DNA of 64,000 nucleotides. It comes from an uncultured Acidobacteriota bacterium. GTDB taxonomy: Bacteria > Acidobacteriota > Thermoanaerobaculia > Multivoradales > UBA5704. Positions 45,701-54,016 of the stretch are shown here, in pieces. A program made the translations under genes and the position numbers. Numbering within the stretch: position 1 is the first letter of the stretch; each line of letters starts with the position of its first letter. The stretch lies in NCBI GenBank assembly GCA_963700145.1, contig OY969474.1:3616001-3680000 (forward strand). The letters are read 5' to 3'. The notes under the pieces are model-generated. The model had not been told where the DNA came from. It did not search any database and saw only the letters and a program-made list of their open reading frames with translations.

Positions 45701-46058
45701 GTGCGGTCAAGGTCGTGATCGCCCCGTCCAGGTTCGACTGCCGCGCCACCTGCTCCAGCGCTTCGAGGTGTTGCCTTCCGGTCTCATCGCATGCCTCCGA
45801 GGACCTAGACACCGGCGGCGGCGGATTGTGGGAAATCGGACAGATCACCTCGCCGAGGAGCCGCTTGCCGCCGCGCCGCTCCTCGCACCGCTCCCAGGCG
45901 AACCCGCCGGAAAGGCGCGGCTCGACCCAACGCCTCTCGACGAGCTCGCCCAGCCCCTCCTCGAGACAGCGCGTCCGGGGATCGGGCTCCGCACCACACC
46001 CGGCGAGCACGGCAAGGCAACCGATCGCGGCGAGAACCTGCGGAAAAAGATTCGGCAT
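42741..46058 (-). CDS. TPR-CHAT (caspase-like clan CD) protease, predicted lipoprotein
   Basis: Lipobox LAVLAGC; TPRs; FVPDRALHGLP, VAPSA, VVHFAGHA (His), VVLSACSS (Cys), VVGTLWNVSD, WAPFQVVG. Confidence 0.92.
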   Translation of the reverse strand: MPNLFPQVLAAIGCLAVLAGCGAEPDPRTRCLEEGLGELVERRWVEPRLSGGFAWERCEERRGGKRLLGEVICPISHNPPPPVSRSSEACDETGRQHLEALEQVARQSNLDGAITTLTALAHQPAPDPRIWSDLAGAFLVRARRQDGPSDLLRAAAAAREAVAVPDPSPEALFNLALAEELLQLPWQAARTWAIYLGRPDDPRWAAAGRSHRDRLERQDLRMAATVWPLNRLRLAEAVRLGDREAVTQLVAPFPGAAQRWVEEQVLPAWARMTEAGDPQAPQRLSEAREVAGAVARATGDRYLRDVVEVVADADRRRDAARLRALARGHALFGAARQLSREVTAPDEEKRYRQAGAELAAAGSPLRTGAEIGAAAALYRRLREAHCPRVLAMLEPLEATARHSGSGSLLAKVLWSRGLCLVAQGRFPEALEVYEEALATYRRVRDPEGVANVRARLAGAARELGDRELAWQQAWQTLRDLRSVVETDRQHYILGEAASAALALDEPETALQMQTESIDRLRQDLAPLPPDDPLAPGLRQNLGIALRGRATLLAFLDRHEEARADVQEALRFFERAVDEGVRSALLARAKEAEASALLASDPQAAIRLLREAIALYPPEQFRTYRANLHFQLARAYRRTGVSAGAEEALKAGMEEVAAEEKRVLDLRRPGESEERWGPYFSRFGEASQQLVRLLIDRGRDAEAFAHVEGARAVEPLDLVLRLRSAPRRFERLIAQREPLDLTEVQAQLPAGTFLLDFYFLDETGEEPQLVIWIVGREQFESLRPKIDHRTIAEWVEDLRAARETGDTESVVEVLERAFAALLAAPLARLDRSKVERLVFVPDRALHGLPLAALRDPVTNRHLVEDFPIEVAPSATLYVFSLLRDRELRGEPASALLVGDPVFDKELEIARDLEPLAWAGREVAGIERFYGPLAERLAPEQATVDSFLRRAAAKTVVHFAGHAIANDDAPSRSVLLLARSATHSGALTAEELLSRLELRKTRLVVLSACSSAGGRSIGSSGLAPLVRPFLAGGVPAVVGTLWNVSDSSSASLLVSFHEHLAAGEDAARALREAQLEVIRKQSPRGELVLVWAPFQVVGHASSPFPPN

Positions 46059-46114
46059 AAGCCCTCCACGGACTCTCGCCCGCGTGCTCTAAACTGTTGC
46101 CGGTGAGTCGGCAA

Positions 46115-46702
46115 GTGAACGACGACTGGTTCGCGGATCTCTACCAACGTTTTTACAGCTCTATTTTCGCCTACTTCGTGCGCATCGGATTTCCGCGCGA
46201 GGACGCGAGAGACCTCGCACAAGAGACATTCTTGCGTGTCTATCGAGGCATGGAGCGCTATGAAGGCCGCGGCGACTTCGCCTTTCTGAAGAGGACGGCG
46301 GTCAACGTCGGCATCAACGCGATCCGCGACAGAAAGACCGCCAAGCGGCAGGCCGTCGTCGTCCCGCTCGACGAGCTGCCGCACATCGCCGCCGGCGCCG
46401 AGAACCCGGCCGGCGAAGCGCCGCCGACGCCCGAGGCGGATGCCGCGCAGCACGAGGAGGCCGTCGCGCGCCGAAGCTGGCTGAAACAGGCGATCGCCGC
46501 GCTGCCGGCCGCACAACGCGATTGCCTGCTGCTGCGGCTCGACGGCCTCAAGTACCGTGAGATCGCTCGCGTGATGGGCGTCCCGATCGATACAGTGAAG
46601 TCGCGGCTCCACGAGGCGCGCAGGACGCTGAGCGAGGGGTACCGCGCGGGTGCCGGAGGGCTCGAGTGGCCGCCGGAGCTCGAGGACGACGACCATGAGT
46701 AG
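46115..46702 (+). CDS. ECF RNA polymerase sigma factor
   Basis: DARDLAQETFLRVY (region 2); LPAAQRDCLLLRLDGLKYREIARVMGVPIDTVKSRLHEARR (region 4); start 46097 or 46115. Confidence 0.93.
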   Translation: MNDDWFADLYQRFYSSIFAYFVRIGFPREDARDLAQETFLRVYRGMERYEGRGDFAFLKRTAVNVGINAIRDRKTAKRQAVVVPLDELPHIAAGAENPAGEAPPTPEADAAQHEEAVARRSWLKQAIAALPAAQRDCLLLRLDGLKYREIARVMGVPIDTVKSRLHEARRTLSEGYRAGAGGLEWPPELEDDDHE

Positions 46703-47465
46703 GAAGAGCGACTGGGCCGCCGCTTACCGCGAGCTCCTCGCCGACGGCCGGCAGCGGCTCGGCGAGCCGCCGACGACCGAGGAGATCGTGGCCTACGCGC
46801 ACGGCGAGCTCCCGCCGGCCGAAGCGAGTCGCGTCCAGGAGTACCTGGCTCTTCATCCCGAGCTGGCGCGCGCTCTCGCCGAGCCGGTGCCGGAGTCGGA
46901 TCGAGGGGAGCCCGGCGCCCCCGACTTCCTGTCCGCCGAGGAGATCGCGAGCGACTGGACCGCCCTCCAGGCTCGGCTCGAGCCGGCGCGTCCGCGCCGG
47001 CCCGGCGTCTGGCGCCCCCTCGCCCTGGCGGCCTCGCTCCTCGCCATCGTCTCGAGCGGTCTGTACCTGCAGGCGCAGCGCGAAGTGAGCCGACTCGCGC
47101 GGGAGCTGCGGGAGCCGCGCGCCAACCCCGAGCATCGCATGCTCCTGCCCGACGGGGACCGCGGCGCCGCAGAGCCCGACATCCTGCTGCCGGCGGCGGC
47201 CGATCAATTCCTCCTCAAGCCGGCGCTCGTCGGACACCCGGACTTCGCTGACTATCGGCTCAAAATCATCGACATCAGCGGTCGTGAGCCGCGCGTGGTT
47301 TGGGACCGGACGGGGCTCCGGCGCCTCAGCGACGACACTTTCGAGCTCTGGGTGACGCGCGATTTTCTCTCGTCCAAGGAGTACCGGCTCGAGCTCTACG
47401 GCATCGACGAGAGCCGCAAGGAAACGCTGCTCGCCAAATACACCCTGCGCCTACCGCCGCGGTAG
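46695..47465 (+). CDS. Putative single-pass anti-sigma factor
   Basis: Overlaps the sigma gene; Cys-less ZAS-like PTTEEIVAYAHGELPPAEASRVQEYL; TM LALAASLLAIVSSGLYL; extracytoplasmic domain. Confidence 0.75.
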   Translation: MSRKSDWAAAYRELLADGRQRLGEPPTTEEIVAYAHGELPPAEASRVQEYLALHPELARALAEPVPESDRGEPGAPDFLSAEEIASDWTALQARLEPARPRRPGVWRPLALAASLLAIVSSGLYLQAQREVSRLARELREPRANPEHRMLLPDGDRGAAEPDILLPAAADQFLLKPALVGHPDFADYRLKIIDISGREPRVVWDRTGLRRLSDDTFELWVTRDFLSSKEYRLELYGIDESRKETLLAKYTLRLPPR

Positions 47466-47468
47466 AGC

Positions 47469-48044
47469 TCAAGGAGCTCCGGCCGCGGGCCGCGCTTCCC
47501 GCGCGTAGGCATCGAGCAGGGGGTCCAGCGGGCGCACATCGGCCTCCTGCGGTGGGACGGCCCGGTCGACGAACCGGCGGAAGAATTCGGCCGCTTCCTT
47601 CTGATAGCTCTCGGGCGAGCCGGGCGCCGGGGATCCGAGGCGGCGCAGCATCGCGCGCGCGTACGCCAGCGAGAAATCGCGTAGGTCGAACGCCGCGCCA
47701 GCCCGCGTCTGCGACCGCGCCTCCTCTTCGACGTACCGTCTCATCTCCGCCAAGTGCCAGAAGACGAGCCCCTCGTCATTGGCCGCCGAGAGCGCCTGAG
47801 TGCGCTCCAGTTGCTGCTGCAGCGTCGTGCGTTCGTTCTTCAATTGGGCGACTTCGTTGCGGAGCTGCTGCACGAGCGCCTGCTGCGTCTGCAGCTCGCT
47901 CTCCTTCTCGAACACCGGCTTCACGCTGTAGACGTACGCATAGACGCCGAAGGCGAGCGCCGCCATGGTGGCGGCCTTTTGGAAGATCTCGAGCCAGGAA
48001 TCCTCGCCGAGGAAGGTGCGCCGGAAGGGCTCTCGCGTCGCCAT
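47469..48044 (-). CDS. Hypothetical membrane-anchored coiled-coil protein
   Basis: TM ATMAALAFGVYAYVYSV then heptads ELQTQQALVQQLRNEVAQLKNERTTLQQQLE; start uncertain. Confidence 0.6.
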   Translation of the reverse strand: MATREPFRRTFLGEDSWLEIFQKAATMAALAFGVYAYVYSVKPVFEKESELQTQQALVQQLRNEVAQLKNERTTLQQQLERTQALSAANDEGLVFWHLAEMRRYVEEEARSQTRAGAAFDLRDFSLAYARAMLRRLGSPAPGSPESYQKEAAEFFRRFVDRAVPPQEADVRPLDPLLDAYAREARPAAGAP

Positions 48045-48135
48045 TCTTGCGCTTATAAGAACACGAGAACCGGAGCTCTGTTGGTCCTCCCCGGCGCTTT
48101 GACCCCTTCCGCCTCCGGGCGTGTCTTTCTTCCGC

Positions 48136-50469
48136 ATGAGGATCAACGGCCGGCGGAAGCTGTGCGTCCTGGTCGCCGCTTTGGGTCTGTTCGTGTGCGG
48201 GCGCGGCGACCCGCCCCTGACCGCGGCCGTCGTGAGCCCGCGGCGCCACGCATTCCTGGTCGGGATCGACGACTACGAGGGGCCGCCCGGGGACCGCCTC
48301 AAGGGCGCGGCGGACCGCGGCTGGCGCGACCTCGAAGGAGCAGTCAACGACGTGCACCTGCTGCGCGAGATGCTCGTCGCCCGCTACGGCTTCGCGGTGC
48401 GTGAGGTCGCGACCCTGACCGACCGCGCCGCCACCCGCGCGGCGATCCTGCGCGGGATCGAGACCCACCTCGTGCGGCAGGCCGGCCCCGGCGACGTCGT
48501 CCTCTTCTACTTCTCGGGTCACGGATCGCAGGTGCGCAACTCACGCTCCGACGAGCCGGACGGCCGGGACGAGACGCTGGTGCCGGCCGACTCCCGCGCC
48601 GGCGCGCCCGACATCCGGGACAAGGAGCTGCGGCGGCTGTTCAACCGCATCCTCGACCAGGGCGCCCGCCTGACCGTCGTCGTCGACACCTGTCACAGCG
48701 GCTCGGTCGCGCGCGGTCTGCCCAGCGGCGAGCTCCCCCGGGGCATCGACCTGGACCCGCGGGACGTCGCGGACGGCGCTCCGCACGGCCCGCGGCCGGA
48801 GGATCGTGGGGCGCTCGTCCTCGCAGCGGCCGAGGACTTCGACCGCGCCTGGGAGAGCTGGGACGAAGCGGGCAAGCCGCACGGCGCGTTCTCGCTGGCC
48901 CTGGTGCGGGCGATGCGGGACGCCCTCCCGGGGGAACCGGCGGAGGAGACCTTCCTCCGCGCGCGCGCCCGCCTCCAGGCCGAGCGACGCTTCCAGGAGC
49001 CCGTCCTGACCGGCAATCCGGCGGCGCGGCTCGCGCCGCTGCTGGGGTCGCGGCCGGGCGCGCGGAAAGACCGTGCCGTGGTCGCCGTCGAGCGCGTCGA
49101 GCGCAGCGGCACGGTGGTCCTCCAGGGAGGTTGGGCGCACGGGCTGGCGGTCGGCAGCCAGTTGCGGGTCAGCGTACCGGGGCAGGGCGAAGGGGTGCGG
49201 CTCGTCGTCACCGCAATGCAGGGGCTCGGCCGCTGCGAAGCCCGCGTCGCGCCGTCGCCGTCGCGGCGCGCGGCGCCGGCGGCCCCCCTGGCCGGGGCGC
49301 TGGCGGAAGTCGTCGGCTGGGAGGTGCCGCCGATGCCGCCGCTCCGCGTCTGGATGCCGCGCGCCGAGGGGGGCGCCTTCGACGCGGCCGTCCGGCTGGC
49401 CGGCGAGCTCGCCGCCGCGGCGCCGCGCCGCCGCATCGGCTGGGTGAGCGACCCGACCGAGGTGACGCCGACGCACCTCCTCCGCTGGCGCGCCGAAGGC
49501 TGGGAGCTTCTCGGGCCGCGAGGCCTGCCGGCGCGTCTCGGACCGGCGCCCGACGTCGCCTCGGTGCTGGCGCAGATCGACGCTCCCCGCTCCGCTCTCT
49601 TCGTGCAGCTGCCGGCGCCGGCGGACCTGCGGCTCGAGGTCGGCCCGGGCACGGGCCAGGAGGGGGTGGCGCCGGCGGCGGAGCCCGAGCAGGCCGACTA
49701 CGCCCTGGTCGGCCGGCTCGCGGGTCGCACGGCGGAGTACGCCTGGGTGCGTCCCGAAGTCGGAGCCGCCGACCGGCGGCGGAGCGGGCTGCCGTTGCGC
49801 AGCGACTGGGTCGAGCTCGCGCCCCGGCGCTCGGCCGAGGCGGCCCTCGATCTCGCACGGGCGGTGCTGCGGCTGCGCCGGGTCCAAGGGTGGTATCGCC
49901 TCGAGTCGCCGGTGACGGAGGCCTTCGCGTACCGCTTGGCGCTGGCGCGGCCCGACGACCTGCGCGAGGTGAGCGATGGCGTGCTGCGTGGAGGCGAAAG
50001 GCTCGGCCTCGCCTTGCGCTTGCGGGCGCCGCAGCCGGGCGCGGTGCGCCCCCGCTACGTCTACGCCTTCATGATCGACAGCCACGGCCGGAGCGTCTTG
50101 CTCTTCCCCGCCACAGGACCGCTCGAGAACCGCTTCCCGACGCACCGACCGGGAGCGGCCTCCGAGCCGCCCGCCACGATCCCGCTGGGATCGCCGGACC
50201 TCTTCACGGTGAGCGAGCCGTTCGGCGTGGACACCTATTTCCTGTTGACCAGCGAAGAGCAGCTCCCGTACCCGTGGGTGCTCGAGTGGGAGGGGGCGCG
50301 AACGCGGGAGCCGCGCACGCTGTCGCCGCTCGAGGAGCTGGTGTTCGCCACCAGCGGGGTCGCCCGCTCGGCCGCGGTGCAGGTGCCGTCGAGCTGGTCG
50401 CTCGAGCGCAGGGTCTTCGAATCGGTGCCCGCCCAAGCCGCCGGACGAGGAAGTCGAGATGGCGCGTAA
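48136..50469 (+). CDS. Caspase-family (peptidase C14) protein with C-terminal DUF4384-like domain, exported
   Basis: N-terminal signal; AFLVGIDDY, LEGAVND, FYFSGHGSQ (His), VVDTCHSG (Cys), HGAFS, FQEP; YVYAFMIDSHGRSVLLFP. Confidence 0.9.
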   Translation: MRINGRRKLCVLVAALGLFVCGRGDPPLTAAVVSPRRHAFLVGIDDYEGPPGDRLKGAADRGWRDLEGAVNDVHLLREMLVARYGFAVREVATLTDRAATRAAILRGIETHLVRQAGPGDVVLFYFSGHGSQVRNSRSDEPDGRDETLVPADSRAGAPDIRDKELRRLFNRILDQGARLTVVVDTCHSGSVARGLPSGELPRGIDLDPRDVADGAPHGPRPEDRGALVLAAAEDFDRAWESWDEAGKPHGAFSLALVRAMRDALPGEPAEETFLRARARLQAERRFQEPVLTGNPAARLAPLLGSRPGARKDRAVVAVERVERSGTVVLQGGWAHGLAVGSQLRVSVPGQGEGVRLVVTAMQGLGRCEARVAPSPSRRAAPAAPLAGALAEVVGWEVPPMPPLRVWMPRAEGGAFDAAVRLAGELAAAAPRRRIGWVSDPTEVTPTHLLRWRAEGWELLGPRGLPARLGPAPDVASVLAQIDAPRSALFVQLPAPADLRLEVGPGTGQEGVAPAAEPEQADYALVGRLAGRTAEYAWVRPEVGAADRRRSGLPLRSDWVELAPRRSAEAALDLARAVLRLRRVQGWYRLESPVTEAFAYRLALARPDDLREVSDGVLRGGERLGLALRLRAPQPGAVRPRYVYAFMIDSHGRSVLLFPATGPLENRFPTHRPGAASEPPATIPLGSPDLFTVSEPFGVDTYFLLTSEEQLPYPWVLEWEGARTREPRTLSPLEELVFATSGVARSAAVQVPSSWSLERRVFESVPAQAAGRGSRDGA

Positions 50470-52270
50470 CCGTGCGCTCGCGACGGTTGCCGTTTTGGCC
50501 TTCCTGCTCGGATCGGAAGCAAGCGCCCTGACCAGGGAGGGTCTGGACCTCGTGCTGCTCGTCGATCGATCGCAGAGCATGGCCAGGCAGGGCCTCGGGC
50601 CTTCCGGCGATCCTGACGACGTCCGCGACCTCCTGCTCTCTCTCGTCGTCGGCCTCGTGGGCCGGAGCTCCGATGTCAATCAGATGAGCCATCGCATCGC
50701 CGTGGTGAGCTTCGGGTCCAAGGCGCGCGTCGATCTCCCGCTGTCCGCAGTGCGAGGAGAGGACGTCCCAGGCTTGCGCCAGGCCATCGGGACGATCCGC
50801 TCGCCGGACAGCCTCGGCAACACCGACTTCCTCTCCGCCTTCCTGGCGGCGGCGGACGTGCTCGGCCCTTCGGCAGCCGCCACGCAGCGCAGGCGCGCGA
50901 TCCTGCTCATCACTGACGGTGTGCCTTACGGACGCCGACGCAATCCCGACGTGGACCTCCAGGAGCTTCGCAGCTCCCTGCCTTCCGTCGGCCCGTCCCC
51001 GCAGATCGCGCTCCACGTCCTCCTGACACCTTCTTCGGGACACACGCGGGAGCGTTACCGACGCATTTGGCGGGAGGTCGCCGAGGGGCGGGTCCACGAG
51101 CTTGCCGGCGACCGCACCGAAGTCCTGACCACGCTGCACGAGGCGGTGGCGCACGTCCTGGGGACCCGCTTCGAGGAGAGCCGTTCCGCGCCGGAGGGAG
51201 GAGGGATCGAGACCGTCGTCCTGCCGCCCTATCTCGAGCTCGTGGTCTTCGACGTCGTCGGTGGAGCATCGGGGAAGGAGGTGGAGATCTTCGCTCCCGG
51301 CACTCCCCACCGGCCGCTCCTCGCCGGCGCTCGGGGTGTCGAGGAGGTCCGTCTGGGCCGACTCATCCGCACGGTGGCCGTCCGCCGGCCCAGCATGGGC
51401 CGCTGGAGCTTCCACAAGCCGGCTGCGGAGGCGAGGGTGAAGGTTCTCTCTCAGCAGTTCTTCCCGCGCGGGATGCTGCTCGAGCCGGGGAGCGACCGGC
51501 GAATCCGGCAGCATGGACGAATCTCCCTCGCCTATCGCTTGATCGACCGGGGAGGCTCTCCCCTGCGAGAGATCCCCGGCTATCCCCTGTCGCTCAGCCT
51601 TTCGCTGGTGAGACCGGACGGACGACGTTCTGCCTTGCCGATGAGGCGTCGAACGTCCGGGGTGTTCAGGTCGCGGCAGGAAGCCGCGTGCGATCTCTCC
51701 GGCCGCTACTGGACCGAAGCGGAGGTCGTCACCCGGGATCTCGAGGACCGCAGGGTCGAGGTCTTCCGCGACCACTGGTCGGGTTTTGCGGTCCATCGCG
51801 CAAGGCGCATCGATTGCCGGGTGACGGCGCCCCGGCCGCGCCAGTTGGTGTCGTTCGGCAACCTGTTTCGCCGGCGCGTCGCGACCCGGCTCGAATGTCT
51901 CGACGATGCCGCGCGGCCGGTCGATCTCGAGGCGGTCGTGAGAGGGCCGCTCGATCGGCTCTTCGCGCCGGCCTTGTCGCGGGAGGGGCGGCGGACCGCG
52001 GCGGCGCTCGACCTCGCTTCTCTCGGCCAAGGCGTGCTCGCGGGCTCGCTGCGGGGCGCGGCGGCACCCGGCTCTTACCGGCTGGAGCTGAAGGTTGACG
52101 AGGCGCGGCTCGCCGGCGATTACAGCATCCGCGTCGTGCCGCCGGCCGTACACTTCGTGAGCTACCTGAGCTGGAGCGACTACGTGCAATTCAGCCTCTT
52201 GGGCGTCGGGCTCGTGCTGCCGCTTGCCAAGATCTCGAGGCGGTACACTCGAGGAGCCCGCCGAACGTGA
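50459..52270 (+). CDS. vWA-domain protein with signal peptide and C-terminal TM anchor
   Basis: MIDAS LLVDRSQSM, GNTD, LITDG; TM VQFSLLGVGLVLPLA followed by a basic tail. Confidence 0.8.
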   Translation: MARNRALATVAVLAFLLGSEASALTREGLDLVLLVDRSQSMARQGLGPSGDPDDVRDLLLSLVVGLVGRSSDVNQMSHRIAVVSFGSKARVDLPLSAVRGEDVPGLRQAIGTIRSPDSLGNTDFLSAFLAAADVLGPSAAATQRRRAILLITDGVPYGRRRNPDVDLQELRSSLPSVGPSPQIALHVLLTPSSGHTRERYRRIWREVAEGRVHELAGDRTEVLTTLHEAVAHVLGTRFEESRSAPEGGGIETVVLPPYLELVVFDVVGGASGKEVEIFAPGTPHRPLLAGARGVEEVRLGRLIRTVAVRRPSMGRWSFHKPAAEARVKVLSQQFFPRGMLLEPGSDRRIRQHGRISLAYRLIDRGGSPLREIPGYPLSLSLSLVRPDGRRSALPMRRRTSGVFRSRQEAACDLSGRYWTEAEVVTRDLEDRRVEVFRDHWSGFAVHRARRIDCRVTAPRPRQLVSFGNLFRRRVATRLECLDDAARPVDLEAVVRGPLDRLFAPALSREGRRTAAALDLASLGQGVLAGSLRGAAAPGSYRLELKVDEARLAGDYSIRVVPPAVHFVSYLSWSDYVQFSLLGVGLVLPLAKISRRYTRGARRT

Positions 52271-53511
52271 GAGCCATGCGACGATTCGGTCTCTGCGCGG
52301 GGATCGCCTGCGCGCTCCTTTCGATCCATTGCACCGCGATCGCCGGAGACCTCGCGTTCACTCCCTCGCCGGAGCTCTCGGCCGGTATCTTCATCGGCGT
52401 CGAAAAGTTCTCCTACGACTTCTCGCTGGCGGACGTCCGCTTTGCCACGAATGACGCGGTCGACCTCGCCTACTCGCTCTCCATCGAGCGCCAGCTTCTC
52501 GAACCCAAACGAGTGCTTCTGCTGCTTGCCGGGGAGCCGGGCCCCGCAGCGCAAGCGCGCCTCGCCGCGCTGACCTCGGCCGGCGCCACGAGACTGGAGG
52601 CGACGCAGGCTTACATCTATTCCCTCGTGAAACAGCAGGCCGAGTCGGTGAGGGAAGGCGGTGTTCTCGTGGTCTTCATCGCGACGCACGGCTTCGCCGA
52701 AGGCCCGGAGCACCTGCTGATGGCTGGAGATTCGATCCTGACCTTTCGGACCGGCATCACGGCCGAAAGGCTCCTGCAAGCCATGCAGTTGGAGCTGGGC
52801 GGCCAGCGTCTCCTCCTCATCGACGCGTGCCGTGAGGAACTGGAGAAGCCCTCCCGCCGTGGCTCTGGGGCTGGCGAAAAGCCGGATCGCCGATCGGCCA
52901 TGCGCAACGAGCTGCTCAACGCGGTGACGGCGAACAGAGGGTACACGGTGTTTTCGGCCGCAAGCCCTGGCGAATTCGCGTACCCTGAGGGGGTCGCGAA
53001 CCTTGATGGGAACGGATACTTTACGAAGAGCATCGTCGATGGTCTGGAATGCGGAGGCTTGCGTGCCAAAGGGCGCGCCGTGAGCTGGTCGACCCTTAGC
53101 ACCTCGGTGAAGGCGGAGGTCGCTGCCCGGACGAAAGGCCAGCAGCAGCCGGATCTCCGCGTCGGCGGCGGATTTCGCGACTTCCAGTTCCCTGCTTGTG
53201 GCGCATCGGCGCCACCGCGTCCAGTGAGCCCTTCGCTCAGCCCGGAGATGTTGCAGACGATCCGGGAGGCGCGGAACCTTGCGGCCACCGGCAGCGCCGA
53301 GAACGTCGAGAAGAGCTTCCGCATCTATCGACAGATCTTCGAGGAGCTGCCACCCGCGACTCTGGCCACCCTGAATCAAGCCCTGGTCGCGCGGGCGCAG
53401 CAACTGGAACCCGACAGTCGGGCAGACGCGGGCGTCCGGCTCTACGAGCAGCTCCTGGAGCCCTTGCTCGCGCTAGCCGACAAATCTCACCAGCGGGAGC
53501 GTTTCCCATGA
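52267..53511 (+). CDS. Second caspase-family (C14) protein, exported
   Basis: Signal peptide; IFIGVEKF, FATNDA, FIATHGF (His), LIDACRE (Cys), GNGYFT, QQP; lower GC. Confidence 0.85.
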   Translation: MRAMRRFGLCAGIACALLSIHCTAIAGDLAFTPSPELSAGIFIGVEKFSYDFSLADVRFATNDAVDLAYSLSIERQLLEPKRVLLLLAGEPGPAAQARLAALTSAGATRLEATQAYIYSLVKQQAESVREGGVLVVFIATHGFAEGPEHLLMAGDSILTFRTGITAERLLQAMQLELGGQRLLLIDACREELEKPSRRGSGAGEKPDRRSAMRNELLNAVTANRGYTVFSAASPGEFAYPEGVANLDGNGYFTKSIVDGLECGGLRAKGRAVSWSTLSTSVKAEVAARTKGQQQPDLRVGGGFRDFQFPACGASAPPRPVSPSLSPEMLQTIREARNLAATGSAENVEKSFRIYRQIFEELPPATLATLNQALVARAQQLEPDSRADAGVRLYEQLLEPLLALADKSHQRERFP

Positions 53512-53978
53512 TCTGGAAAGCTTCGGTCCCCGTCACCTGTCTTCTTGCCCTTGTCGGTGCAGTCGTGCCGGCAGGCAACCGCAGCGGCGAACCAGGCTGT
53601 CGCGTCGAGATCACGGAGCCACGAGTCGGACAGGAAGTGGCTGGCAGGATCTCTGTGAAGGGAACCGGCTCACGGCCTCCAGGCACCTACCTCTGGATCT
53701 TTCTGCGGCGGTGGGACTTCGAGCCCCGCTGGTGGCCTCAGGGCGAGGCACTGTGGGACGAGGAGAAGCAGGAATGGCGCGGGTTCGCGACCTTGGGCAA
53801 GCGGGTGGATATCGGATGGGAATTTGATCTGACCGTCGCCGGGGTCGGACCGGAAGATCATCTGCAACTCACCGATTACATGACCCGAGGGATGGAGACG
53901 GGAAGGTTTCGGCCTATCCCGCTGCCATCGGCTGTCTGTGCTTCTGCTCCGATTCGAGTCATGAAAGGGAGCAAATAG
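53508..53978 (+). CDS. Small secreted Ig-like hypothetical protein
   Basis: Coupled to the caspase stop (ATGA); signal peptide; VEITEP...ISVKGTG...WWPQG. Confidence 0.65.
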   Translation: MIWKASVPVTCLLALVGAVVPAGNRSGEPGCRVEITEPRVGQEVAGRISVKGTGSRPPGTYLWIFLRRWDFEPRWWPQGEALWDEEKQEWRGFATLGKRVDIGWEFDLTVAGVGPEDHLQLTDYMTRGMETGRFRPIPLPSAVCASAPIRVMKGSK

Positions 53979-54016
53979 TCCACCGGCGCTGGTTCGGCGT
54001 CCCCCGATGCGGGCTC

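Noticed and set aside
46097-46114. ttgccg-gtgagt-cggcaa hairpin before the sigma start
   Set aside because: 6-bp stem is too short to distinguish from chance
41670-47465. Type III-E CRISPR (Craspase) locus
   Set aside because: CHAT and sigma are present but there is no Cas7-11 and no array; analogy only
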